A DNA stretch of 63,853 nucleotides, counting the filler, from Cercozoa sp. M6MM (lineage: Eukaryota > Protista > Endomyxa: Ascetosporea): NCBI GenBank assembly GCA_040357565.1. It is 14 parts of 14 records of this genome, joined end to end, with 100 filler letters (N's around TTAATTAATTAA, not from the genome) between each part and the next. Parts side by side here need not be neighbours in the genome. Positions count along the whole stretch, not along the records: positions 25,697 to 27,500 come from JBDODJ010001914.1; positions 27,601 to 28,864 come from JBDODJ010002089.1; positions 28,965 to 32,517 come from JBDODJ010001405.1; positions 32,618 to 37,953 come from JBDODJ010000925.1; positions 38,054 to 51,464 come from JBDODJ010000358.1; 9 more parts are not named here. One strand, 5' to 3'. Under the pieces are notes generated by a model. It had not been told where the DNA came from, did not search any database, and saw only the letters and a list, made by a program, of their open reading frames with translations. Each line of letters begins with the position of its first letter. Within the stretch, counting starts at the first letter, position 1. The position numbers were made by a program, and so were the translations under genes. Positions 26,135 to 39,083 of this stretch are shown here, piece by piece.

Positions 26135-27500
26135 GTGCACTTTCTTCTGGTATCAACTACCAACAGGATAGGATACTCGTTCCTCGGGCACCACCACCTG
26201 ACACAGGGGTCGTGCGGGTCCAATTCAGCCGGTAGGTCTGTCATTGGCAGCCTATCGCAGGTCGCCAGCCAGCTCCTGGTCAACCAGAGCATGGCGACCA
26301 ACCCCGATATGGGCCCGCCGCCTCACCGGTACTACCCGGCTTCGCACTCGAGGACGAGCGTCCCAACTAGCGGACAATCCGACGGACACTACGTGATGAA
26401 ATCCAACGGAGTGGACGTGCGCATGGTGATTGACCACAGCGGTGGCTCGCCCTCTCCCAACGAGGTCTGCGTCGACAGCATGTGCGACAAGACACAGTTC
26501 GTCGAGGCACTCGATGTGGTGGAGAGGCTGCTCGAGGACAAGCTGGCAGGCACCAGCGCCTTCTACGGCACGTTCGACGTGCAAGAGGCCTACTTTCAGT
26601 TCCCGCTCTCGCAAAGGGACGCACCGTTCCTCGGCTTTGCGATCAAGTTCCACCGCGACGAGGAGCCGTGCCCCGAAGTCGAGGGAGACTGGCAGCTGCG
26701 AGTGATGTCGATGGGACACAAGATCTCGATGGGCAAGCTCGCCCAGTTCCTGCAGCCGGTGGCCGCGCACATAGAGAAGCGCCTCGGCACGAGCGTGCTG
26801 TGGATGGCCGACAACTTCGCAGTGAAAGAAGTGCGACCCGGCACCTGGCGCAAAGCGCACGACATCGTGCAGCACGAGCTCGGCATTGTGCTCAAGCCTG
26901 AGGATGACTTCCCGCCACAGCGAGTGTTCGACTTTGTCGGCGCCAACTACGACACACTCACTGGCGAGGTCTGGACCAGAGAAGGCAAGGCCTCCAAGTT
27001 CATCCAGCAGTGCGACGACCTGGCCAGTGGACACAGAGCACAGATCGCGCTGCGCGAGATGCAGCAGTTCGCCGGGCGCAGCGGCTGGCGCTCGCGTGTA
27101 TACGGCGTGGGCAAGTCATTCCTGCGCGACGCGCATCACGCAGCCAACTCAGTGCCCAGGAACGCCAAGCCGTTCTGGAAACGGAACGTGACAAGCGGCG
27201 TGCGAGACGCAGCTCGCTTCATGCGGCAGGTCGAGCAGCGCGCACAGGACCAGCATCACAACGCGTTCGAACTGCACGAGAACAGCGCCATGTGGGCCAA
27301 CTTCTCCACAGACACGGCAGGCAGCCACCGCATCGCGGCAGTGCACTTCGAGGACTCCGGCGACTGGATCGCCGTCGAGCTGCCCAGTGACTACGGCACA
27401 GACACCACAATGGCCCCGAGGCGTGGGCACACACGCTCGGCTGGCTTGTCGACGCGTGGCGGCGCGACAGGTTCCCGCAACGCTTCGCACCGGCCAAGTC
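26135..27500 (+). mobile_element. DIRS/Ngaro-like (tyrosine-recombinase class) retroelement RT-RNase H ORF, atypical motif C, 3'-truncated
   Basis: Intronless ORF with VMKSNG..VRMVIDHS..SPN, FDVQEAYFQFPL, MSMGHKISMG, WMADNF, FDFVGANYD, MQQFAG, and RNase H FSTDTAGS...GDWIAVELP. No gag, YR or terminal repeats visible in the contig. Confidence 0.8.
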
Positions 27501-27600
27501 NNNNNNNNNNNNNNNNNNNNNNNNNNNNNNNNNNNNNNNNNNNNTTAATTAATTAANNNNNNNNNNNNNNNNNNNNNNNNNNNNNNNNNNNNNNNNNNNN

Positions 27601-28857
27601 CGGCACGGAGTCGATCCTGATGGCCATGAAGGCCTACCGTGACTGGGGCCGGCAGGTCAAAGGCATCCCGGCGGACGTGCAGCCGCGCGTGATTGCGCCC
27701 AGGTAGCCAGCAAAGCAGCCTTAACAAAAATGAGCCCCCTTAACAACGGTTACCACGTGGAACAGATCGGCACATGCGGCCTTTGAAAAAGCGGCGCATT
27801 ATTTCGGCATCGATCTCGTCTTGGTGGACGTATGTGGCGGCTTTACCCCCCATCTTACCCCCCATCTTACCCCCCTGGGTAGGTGCTGCCGGACAGCTAC
27901 CGCGTGGACGTGGCGCAGGTGGCGCGTCACATTGACTGGCGCACCGTGGCACTGGTACCGCAACTTGGCACGTGCGTCCACTTGGCACGTGTGTCTCACT
28001 TGGCACGTGCGTCCACTTGACACGTGTGTCCTCACTTGGCACGTGTGTCCTCACTTGGCACGTGTCTCACTTGGCATGTGTCTCACTTGGCATGTGCCTG
28101 CGTGTGTGTAGGTCGGTTCGGCGCCGAACTTTCCGCAGGGCATCATGGACGACATTGAGGCGCTGTCAGTTTTTTGTTGTTTTTTTGTTGTTGTTGTTTT
28201 TTCTTATGCTGTTGTTGTTTTTTTTTTTTTTTGTTGTTTTTGTTGTTTTTTGTTGTTTTTGTTTTGTTGTTTTTTGTTTTTGTTTTGTTGTTTTTTGTTG
28301 TTTTTTTTTTTTGTTTATCGTGTTCCGGTTGTGTCCGCGCGGACAGGTCGGCGCTGGCGGTGAAGCACGCGATCGGACTGCACGTGGACTGCTGTCTGGG
28401 CGGCTTTCTGATGCCGTTCCTGGAGCGTCTGGCGCAGGAGACGGGTCAGTCGCACTGGCGTCCGCGCGGACGGTTCGACTTCCGCGTGGAGGGTGTCACG
28501 TCCATCAGCGCGGACACGCACAAGTACGGCTACGCTGTCAAGGGCAGCAGTGTCATCATGTATCGCGACGCGTCGTGGCGGCGGTTTCTTAGACCTTTAC
28601 CCCCCTTTTTACCCCCCTTTTTACCCCCCTATTTACCCCCCTATTCACCCCCTGTTACACCCTGTTTACCTTCCTCTGTACTAACCTGTTTACCCCCCTG
28701 TTTACCCCCCATGTACCCCCCCCCCCCCCAGACACCAGTACTTTGTGACGCCCGAGTGGATGGGCGGAATCTACGCGACGCCCACCATCACAGGCAGTCG
28801 CGCCGGCGGTCTGCTGGCCTCCACGTGGGCCGCCATGATGCGCATGGGCACACGTGG
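27601..28857 (+). CDS. SGPL1: Sphingosine-1-phosphate lyase (PLP-dependent), internal fragment
   Basis: [60 protein letters not shown] (PLP Lys), [15 protein letters not shown]. Confidence 0.95.
27963..28097. repeat. Intronic minisatellite with CACTTGGCACGTG core x~8
   Basis: Direct; fills the third SPL intron. Confidence 0.9.
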
Positions 28858-28964
28858 TACTTTTNNNNNNNNNNNNNNNNNNNNNNNNNNNNNNNNNNNN
28901 NNNNNNNNTTAATTAATTAANNNNNNNNNNNNNNNNNNNNNNNNNNNNNNNNNNNNNNNNNNNN

Positions 28965-29018
<54 letters not shown>

Positions 29019-29036
29019 CACACACACACACACACA

Positions 29037-29407
29037 ATGTCGGACAACCTTTTATGGAGTTGTGTCATGTAATTTTCTGTTTTGTCGCTCAGAGTGGTCT
29101 GTACACAAAACCAAGTATGCACCTAGAGACACCTCTAGCCGACTTCCAGGAGGGAGGTATCTTTGATTCGGTGACGCGTATCTCGACCGCCTTCGGAAAT
29201 CGGCTTCTGCGACAAGTTGGTGCCTGGCCTCGCTGTTCTTGGTTGTGTTCACTGTGTGGTGTCAAGATCTGCCTTTGTATACTCGTGATGATATGTGTTT
29301 GCAGGGAGCGGTTCGGTCAATGTCGACAAGTTAAAGTTCGCCTTCGCGCTTAAGCAGTTGGCCAGTCCGACGAAGTGGACGGTTTGTCCTTGTTCTGTCT
29401 GTTTGTG

Positions 29408-29438
<31 letters not shown>

Positions 29439-29497
29439 TTGTGTGTGTGTGTTTGTGTGTGTGTGTTTGTGTGTGTGTTTGTGTGTGTTTGTGTGTA

Positions 29498-29546
<49 letters not shown>

Positions 29547-29556
29547 NNNNNNNNNN

Positions 29557-29606
<50 letters not shown>

Positions 29607-32073
29607 CCTGTGTTTTGGTTAGACTGCGTTGACGGCAATTGCGGGGACGTGGTGCTTCATTGAAAATCTGTCCGCGGACTTTGACTTGGACCTGACGTCA
29701 CCCAACATGAGTGTGCGCGCCGATCTTATCACCCAGTAATTTTTATTTGCATTCTGTGGCATAAGCTCGGCTATGCGCCTGTGCGCTCTCCTTTCTGGCA
29801 GAACCGGCATGGTCCTGGTCGACCAAAATGACAACCTGCAACAAGAATACGTCATGCTGGGGACACTGGTATCGGATATCCTGCACTGCCTTATGTGTCG
29901 TTAATACTGTATATACGTGTGCGCAGTCGTCAAAGTACCCGACTAGGTGGACGTCCACCTTCCCTGGCGTACTATTACATACTCTTGGAAGAACCACGGG
30001 CAGCTTGAGACTCGTGCGCAGGGCTACTACGACCAGTTTTTCGATGTTACACGCGACAGCTCACCCGGATCGCCAAGCAACTTCTTTTTGGATACGAGTT
30101 ACTACATTGCGGACCCGGTACACTAAACATTCATGTTGTGGGTACATTGGATTTAGCTCTTGTGTTGAGTAGGCTCAAGGATTTTTTGTGTGGCCGTCGA
30201 ACAAGGCACCCTTGTTCTCCACCACCGAGAGTAGTTTCTTCTAAAACTGTACCGCCTTGATAGTTACGGTCACCTTTTTGATCATTGTGCAGGCTTCAAC
30301 CTGACGTCCAGGTTCCGCATTACTGATGGCAGCCAAGTTTCGGTCGTTTCCGACGTGTCACGTCGCACGTACAACCCTTAGTCTTTCCGATGCTTTTTCC
30401 TTAGCTCCTACCGTGAATTCGATACTCCCCATATTGGCAGTCCGTTGGGTGCACTTCCGCGTGTCGACAAGGACGATCAGCCTGTGGTGGGTCGATTCCG
30501 TCTGCCTCTTGTTGGAAGCATCAATTGTCTTTGTTGCTGTATTCAGGCCCGATGGCGTACGATTCCGGACATCTCGCAGTACCTGCCTAGGTACGACACA
30601 ATTCTTTATGTGCGTGTGAGGCTGGTTCATTCGCGAGAGGCATGTGGTGCCATCTGCAGCTGCCAGGCTGACCCATCATCTTGTTCCGACATTGCCGGTG
30701 GTCGAATGCTCGCGCTAGAGGTTTGCTATGTGTGTATTTTGCTTCTTGTGTTTGTCACAGTGAATATCTAAACTTACAGTTACGCGCACCTGAAAGTCTG
30801 CGCCTTGCAAATCTGGTGCCTTTTCTTGTGTTTTTCCCGTGTTTTGGAGTGATAATTTACCTCTTTGTGAATTAAGGACCCGTCACTAGTGCCGGAGTGG
30901 GCCGCGTCGCACCGCGGAGAAGCCGCATTTGTGTTCGCTCATTTTTTCTATGTCTTGCGAGGTGCTGGTTTTGTAATCTCCACATGCTCTACATTCCTGC
31001 AGCTACGAGTGGTCGTTCGACAGCGTGAATCATTACCTGGGTACTCTCTCTCTTCTCTCTCTCTCTCTCGCGCGCGCGCGTGCAGAAATGCTGTGCTTGT
31101 GTATCACAGAGAAAGTGCTGCATGCCGAGTTTCGCCGTGCGAGCAGATCCGTCTCACTTGCTTTAGTGTCCCCCCGTGATGTTGTTTTCTGTCGCAGTGT
31201 GTTTCGTGCGTGTGTACAGTGCCAGGTGCTGATTCCGACGTACGATTCCGTCACCGGCGAGCTTGTTGCATTGGAGGTAACTTACTTTTTATGTACAGTG
31301 TGTGGGCAACTGACTGTACCTTGATGACGCATGTATATCTATGTCATATAAAATAGAGGAGCACTTACCAGTGGAATGAAAACGGCCAAGCGTTCATTGC
31401 GTCCAGTATACAACATCCATTGATTTGCAGGGGTGCTGAAATGTGCATGGCTCACTTTCTGCAGCGAGTCACGGAGTGCCTAGTTGGGTCGAGATCGGCA
31501 AGGCCTTCCAGGTACCACATCTCCTTGCTTCATCTCTGTTCGACTGTTTGTCTCTGTCTTTCCTTGTGACGACCGCTGTCGTACCTTAGTTTTCTCGGCG
31601 CGAGGCTGCCGGCATCAACAACACTGATATCTTGCTGACCCGCAGTAAAGCCTTTTTGCTTCCATCCATTTCGCTTTTGCTTCTTGGCGCTGCTTCACCT
31701 TTACTGACACGCTGCGCAGTGACCGGTGTGACAGATCTGACGGAAAACACAGATGAGGGCTTCAAGACCGAGCTGACGACACTGCTGTCGCGTTCGGACT
31801 CGATCTTTGTCGTGGTAAGTTTGCGCTCTTTTCAAATACTGAGACATTTGCTGACTGACTGGATGCCATAGGTCGGTCTCCCCGGACATGAGCTACCCAT
31901 CAACGCCCATCCTTTGACTGTTAGTCTTCGTCTGATTCTTGGACGGTACCATTTGGCAAGTCGCGTGTTGTTTGAATCCTTTTTGATCTGTTCTTTGTGT
32001 AGCACGGCTCAAGAGAACGACCGGCACAACATCTACATGTCGCGGGTACGCTTTCTGTCAAACCTTCACACCA

Positions 32074-32119
<46 letters not shown>

Positions 32120-32280
32120 CCTATCTCTCTCTCTATCTCTCTATCTCTCTCTCTATCTCTCTATCTCGATCTCTCTCTGCACTCTGCACAGGGCGCGCAC
32201 AATAATCCAGTGTCGCTGCGGCAGTTCAACGTGCAGGCCAGACGGTTCCAGCCGCTGCTCTCCGTGCTTCGGTGCAGGGT
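29037..32280 (+). CDS. Hypothetical protein fragment with many short exons
   Basis: In-frame exons, e.g. SGLYTKPSMHLETPLADF..., GYYDQFFDVTRDSSPGSPSNFFLDTSYYIADP, FNLTSRFRITDG. Both ends uncertain; no family recognised. Confidence 0.55.
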
Positions 32281-32467
32281 AACCGTTCTGCATCGTTCTG
32301 ATTGCTCTGTCTTGCCTGCAGCATATATGTGTGTATGTATGTGTGTATGTGTGTCTGTGTGTGTCTGTGTGTGTAGCCTGGCATTGCCGCGAATGACTGC
32401 CAAGTGCCGAGCAGCAATCCGGAGTCCACCTTTATTCAAGCTGACCTGTATAGTTTATTCTCTTTTT

Positions 32468-32517
<50 letters not shown>

Positions 32518-32617
32518 NNNNNNNNNNNNNNNNNNNNNNNNNNNNNNNNNNNNNNNNNNNNTTAATTAATTAANNNNNNNNNNNNNNNNNNNNNNNNNNN
32601 NNNNNNNNNNNNNNNNN

Positions 32618-32683
<66 letters not shown>

Positions 32684-32699
32684 CAAAATAAAACAACTG

Positions 32700-35600
32700 A
32701 CCTTTCTTGCCGCTAAATTGAGCGCACTCTCCTCAAAAACACCGAGTGATTTGCCCTGACGCATTAGACGATAAAGTTCAATTGCGCATCTGTATTATCT
32801 TATCAAAGAATGGTCTACATTGTGCGAGACACGCGAGCGCAAAATGTCGAGCAGTTGCGGAAACTTGTACGATTCGAAATGCAATCGATTTTGAGCGCCT
32901 GTCATTATTGTTTCAGTATTGGAGACTGACTAAACGACTGACTGAAAAGGAAGGTAAGATTTACCAATACGAGACCGAATGCGCTCGTGCAGTCGCTCCG
33001 GAAGGTCCATAGTGTTGGCCACGCCGATCACGATGAGCCGCGATTTCTGTTGAAAAAGTTGACTCAAACACTGTTTTACTCATAAGTATTTTGGCTGGTG
33101 AGACACATACCTTTTGAAGAGGCCAGTTGAACAGGTTGTACAACACCTTCTGCTGGCGAGTTCTCTGCGTGGCACAGTTCGTCAGACGGAAAAAACAGAA
33201 GTGAAAACGAAAGCAGCGACATTGTGTACCAAATAGTCGAGTTCATCCAAAAGTAGAATCAGACAACGCGTGCTCAGTTTCTGCGATTTCATTCGATGTC
33301 CTCACACTTTGCAACTTCAACAAAGAAAACGAACCGGGCGAGAAAAGTACGACTCTAACTGTGCTGAAGCAGTGTCAGGCGCCATCTCCTGCAGCATTTT
33401 CCAAGACAGAAGCGAAAAGCATCGATTCATTAGTACCTTTCCCAGCAGCGCATGTGCGAGAACGGAGTAGGCATGCTTGGGTGACGGCAACTTGAGCGCG
33501 TTCACCTCCAAGTAATCAAACTTGGGCAGTTTCTACAAACGATATGCTTGATATATTCGCACATCTGTGTGGAAAATGATCCCATCCGCGTGGAAATAAA
33601 AAGAAACATACTCGGTCACCACTCGTCGTTTGTTCTTGCAAAACCTCCCTAATGACCTGAGGAACGAATTAGTTAGCACACAAAAACGCATACTGACACA
33701 AAAACTCACCTGTCGTACTGTGGCAGTCTTGCCAGTTCCAGGCACACCAGCGACGTACATTGCCGACTGCGAACCACCACTTTTCAGTGCTGCAAAAACG
33801 GTATCTTGTCCAAAAACAGGTGTCGAAACAAGAAGTACCTTTGGTAACAAAGCTGCGCAATGTCGCACGTTCTTCGTCACGGCACGGCTGTCAGATAGGA
33901 TGTGTGTGTACAAGTTTGAAAGCAAAATATGGGAAAACTGCACCATTTTGTCAGGAATGCGAATGAGCGACAGTTGCGACTTCGCGAGTTGCCACGCGGC
34001 CTCTGTTCCAGCTTCCACTGCAAACAGCACAAATGAAACTTATTAAACACCTCTTATTCAACTCAAAATACCATCAGCAGGAGTTTCCGTGGCTCGCTCG
34101 TTCATCTGAAACAGTGTGAAAATGAGGCAAAAATGACTGACAAGCAGTGCAACGAAAAAGGGAAGAACCTGCAGAAGCGTGGGACGCAATTCATATGCTT
34201 CTTCATTACGTTTTGCAATCAGCTGTCGGCAGATTTGAAACATTCAAAACTACACACGCAAAAATGCAGTCAAAATAATACCTTGCGTTGCATCTGCTCG
34301 CGTCGTTTCTGTCGGAACACGTTTCGATCACGTGCTTTTCTGTTAAAAGTAGTGCATAATTTTGACGTATTGATAAGTACGGATTAAAACATACCGGTTG
34401 AGTTGAGAAAGATCTCGATCGAGCTCAGAATCGTCGGACAGCATGTCCTCATCATCTTCGCTCTTGTGCTTGCCACTGCGGGGAGTGATAGAAAGAGAAA
34501 CTCAATTCTTAAACTAAAGAGTACCGGCGTGTGGTGCGACGCCGTTTGGCGCGTGCAGGACCGAATTTAAAGTCTTCATCGGCTTCGATATCGTCTTCTT
34601 CTTCGTCTGTGTCAGTGTAGGAGGATTATTCCGACAGTAGCACATCGATACAACGAAAGGAACAAGAACAAACCGTCCTGCATGATGTACTCGATAGCTG
34701 AGGCATCAAGTTCTGGTTTCGTTGGTTTCGTCCTCTGCTTTCGCGCATTTTTCGACGGTTTTGCGCCTTTCCACTCCTGTTTAGTGAACAAATAACTCAA
34801 ATCAATCGCACTCTGGTGTACAATCAAAACGTGGGAGTAGCACCTTGACCAGCCTTTGTCGGTTGGCAGTGTGATCAAAGAGTCGCTTGTAGTAGAAAAA
34901 CGTCGTTGTGTCAATGTCCTCTTGCTCTTTGATGTGCTTCAACGCACCGTCAATGTCCGACTCAACCTGTGTGTGTGGAACATCAATCCTTCTTGTTAAT
35001 TCTATCGGATAAGGGAATGATACATCGATCGAATCGTCCTTGATCATGCCACGCAGCATTGTGCAGAACTCCTTCTCAGTAGTGACACTGATGACCTCTT
35101 GCACCGAATCGACCTAAGCCATGTTTCATTCAATAGGCACGCCAAGTTCAAACAGACCAACAACAATACCGAAACGGCCTGTGAGTGCGTCGACATGAAG
35201 ACCTCATGTTTTCCAACAGCAGGTGCGCGTGGAATATCACGTGCTCGGTAAATCCAGGTGAGCCAGACACACTGCTGCTTTTCACCGCTGCAGACAAACA
35301 CACCCACATTATGCTGGGTCCCCAAGAAGGCAAACAGAACATGGCTTACTCTGGTGTGACGACTTCGTAGCAGTGTTCGATGCGTCCCAGGTCGTCAGGA
35401 TTGTCGCACAACACGAAAATGCAGTCATGCACACTGAATTTCACGCCCTTCAGCACAAAGCCATTGTAGAACTCAACGTTCGTCGGCACCTCCTGCGAAA
35501 AGGGGAGAATTAATCTCATGATTTACTCTCATGATGTGTTTTGATCTATTCGAACACACAGGCGAGTACAATTCCTCCTTTTTGAGCTGCACAGGCTCGC

Positions 35601-35764
35601 CGAGCCAACGGAACTCCCCCTGTGACTCCCCCTGCTCGATGTCGGACTCGTCATCACTCAGCGAACTCCTTCAGAACAAGTCCAATGAAAAACACAACAT
35701 GCCAGAAAAGTACACAAAGGTGCTCTTTGGAGCACTAGACAACGCCAAAGAGTACAACTCACAT
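32700..35764 (-). CDS. ORC1: Origin recognition complex subunit 1 (BAH + AAA+), 3'-truncated
   Basis: FRWLGEP and a BAH-like N-terminus (FYNGFVLKGVKFSVHDCIFV), Walker A MYVAGVPGTGKTATV, YLEVNALKLPSPKHAYS, Walker B LILLLDELDY. Confidence 0.92.
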
Positions 35765-36484
35765 TTTTCGCGCAATTGTAGTGGTCTACCACTCTACAGA
35801 AAGCCGTGCGTCGCTCTTGGATACAGCGTGACTTGAGAAAAGTGAATTCCCATCCATGATTCACTTGATCCAACTCACAACGCTTCTGGCAAAGCTTCAC
35901 GAAAAGCAAAACTTGGACAGCAAAAAATCTGTGCGTGCGCTGTAACAGGCAGCTATGGGAGTGCGAATAACTACCCTGACTGAGCACACATGTGGCCCCC
36001 ATGAATGGAGAGTGCCGGCCGCAAGACGCTGCCAGCGAAGTCCAGAGACCTGTCTCGCAGGCACCTTTGAAACTCGGAAGCTATCAGTAAGCGTCGCAAG
36101 GGATTAAATAGATGCCGAGTAGCAATTGAGGCACTTTAGTTCGCCATGAGTTTTGCCACTTTGATTTAATTAACGCCATATCATGGGTCGACGCTCGCAA
36201 AGGCAACACTCTGCCAGGTCTACTACAGCTGTTAGTGTGTGGAACAAACCGCGTTCTACTCTGCCCTTGTTAAATTATATCAGGTTTAGATGTCACGTGC
36301 TCACCGGAGTGATCGCAACCCATCACTCCGTACGGATCACTCTCAATCCGGCATTGCACTCGCACAATTTAGTGTTGTCCGACTCGCTTTGACTTATTTA
36401 GGCTGCCACCAGTGCCAAACAGAGTGCGCGGCGTGATTGTTGCGCGTATCGCTTGTTTCGATTTCCGAGAGCAAAACGCAAGCA

Positions 36485-37880
36485 ATGATCATGTTTTGCG
36501 TCTGCGCCTTGATGGCATCGGCGCTCTGTGTTGTGCACGGACAGCATGATCACGATCACGATCACGATCATGGCCCGACAAAGGACGCCGAGTTCCATGC
36601 CGGTGCTGTGACGCTAGAAATCATCCACGAATTCGAGGAAGGCGGTATTCATCTTTCGTTTGCTTTGTTTCGTTTTTTTCTTTTGATGATGTTTTCCGTA
36701 GCTTTGAACGCGACTGATTTTATTCCGCACGTACAAGAGGACGTTCTCGATCGAGAGTCCTACTTTGTCGATGCCGTACTCGCCATGGCCGGCACGCCGC
36801 TGGACGACCTGAAGAGCGATTTCTCTGCTCATGCCCCTGAGTAAGATTAATTTTTTGCATATCCTGCTGTCCGCACGGACATACGGAAGGTTTTTGTAGG
36901 ACGGAATTGAGCGAAGCTGAAGCGTTGCACGAGATTGAACTGCTGCGCTCGTTGCTGGTCGAAGTCGGCGCAGAGGTGACGACTTTCACAGCGAGTGCTA
37001 ACTTCACCGACGCTGCCTATGAAGTGCTGGTGCGTTTCTTCCCATCAGCAGGATTTTGAGTTTGACCAGAGTGAAAGCGAGGTTTGGTGTGCTGCAGGTG
37101 GAGTCGCTGGAACACCACGCCCTCGAGATGCAAGAGATGTCGCATATCGGTGAGGCTGAGGAGGAGCCCGTTGACCATGATGACGAGCCGACATCGGCCG
37201 AGAAGTGGGGCTACGCTGTTCTGATGTCGCTTGTGTCGTCGTTTGTTGTACTCTTTCCGTTTTGATTTCTCCTTGTTCTGTGTGTGGTCGAAGTGTGCAT
37301 TGTTGTCTGTGTGGTTAGGTTCCATTGCTCGGCGGCCTGTTCTTCATCTTCGGCATTGACCTTCACAAGTACTTGCACGATCTGACGGCACTGGCGGTGG
37401 GCTGCCTGGTCGGTGCGGCCACTCTGGTGCTGCTGCCAGAGGTGGGCGAGGAACTTGGCCTGAACAAAACGACGTCGTCGCTGCTGCTGCTGGGTCTGGC
37501 ACTCGGCTTTGTGACCGAGTCACTGCTGCACTGTCATCACGATGGACACCATCATCACTGTACTCTTGCTCTGGCCCTTGCTCTCTTTGGTGCCTCTACT
37601 GTTAGATTGCTTCCCCTGCAGTTGGTCACGAGCATGCGCATGACCACGAAGCGGCGCAGGAGGTCGAACTGGCACCCAAGAAATTCGATGAGAATGCAGA
37701 CGAATCGGATGCCGGCGAAGGTGCCACTGAGAGCTCTGAGGAAGAACATCGTGTGCACGTGCACGATCACTCACACACTCGATCACATGGACACGGGCAC
37801 GGTCGTATCGTCACTCTGTTGGACGAGAATGGCGAACGAGTCTACCTGCCGTGGCGACAGTGGCCGACCTTTGTGTGGTA
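36485..37880 (+). CDS. ZIP (SLC39, LIV-1-like) zinc transporter, 3'-truncated
   Basis: Signal peptide, (HD)n N-terminus, KWGYAVLMS, ALAVGCLVGAATLVLLPE, His-rich cytoplasmic loop. Confidence 0.88.
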
Positions 37881-37910
37881 CCTTTCTGTTTCGACTCTAT
37901 ACGTGTCATC

Positions 37911-37953
<43 letters not shown>

Positions 37954-38053
37954 NNNNNNNNNNNNNNNNNNNNNNNNNNNNNNNNNNNNNNNNNNNNTTA
38001 ATTAATTAANNNNNNNNNNNNNNNNNNNNNNNNNNNNNNNNNNNNNNNNNNNN

Positions 38054-38976
38054 GGGGGGGGGGGTAAAGAGAGGGAATAAAACCGGTTGTAGACAACTGC
38101 AGAGTCGGAGACGCGCGCAGTGCCGCCGCTCTCGCGTGCCAGGTTTCCTTCCAGCACACTGTCTCGCACCTCCACGTGCTGCGTCTCCTGTGTATCCAGT
38201 CAGAGTGATCACGTGTCAGAGCGGTCGTATCAGTCAGAATGATCACGTGTCAAAGCACATGTGTCAATGGTCACATGAATGGTACAGTGAAGGCAAAAAC
38301 GGCGCCCAGTTCGGCGTAGTTCTCGCTCGCCTCGCTCGCTTCCACACTGCACCGAAGGGGGAGGGGGGTAAATGAAAACAGGGCAGAGGTCGGGAGGAGT
38401 ACAGCACAGAGGTCGACTTGGTAGCTGCCAGTGCCGCGCCCAACAAGGCACGGTTCTGCCGCATGTGACACCCTCGGCACTCCACGCGATCCGCACTGCA
38501 GGGTCGGATGGTCATATGACTCAGACACAACACAATGGGCAAGGTACGCGATGATGTCAAAAGCACCGCCTCGCAACTCGGCCTTGTTGTTGATACTGCC
38601 AGTGTAAGGAGGGAAGGGAATAAAGGACTAGGAGGTGACAGAGATACAGAGTGTTAACAGTACGCAGTAACATTTTCCATGTAGACCTGCGACTGCAGTG
38701 CCACCAGTGCACCTGAAACTTAAGAGGGTAAAGGAGCCAGAGGTATGGGGCAAAGGGGGTAAAGCACCGCCACTACGTGCCGTGTTGCCGTCGAAGGTGA
38801 CGTTGCGCAGCGTCACCTTGTCGCACGCCAGGAAGTACGCGGCACCTCCGTCCTACCCCAGGATACTCGCGGTATCACATGATAACAGGGGGCAAAGGAG
38901 AAGATATGGAGGCTATGCAACGACAGTACATTGCTCGACAAGGCATTGCGAATGACGCTGTTTGACCTGCATAAAC

Positions 38977-39024
<48 letters not shown>

Positions 39025-39034
39025 NNNNNNNNNN

Positions 39035-39083
<49 letters not shown>

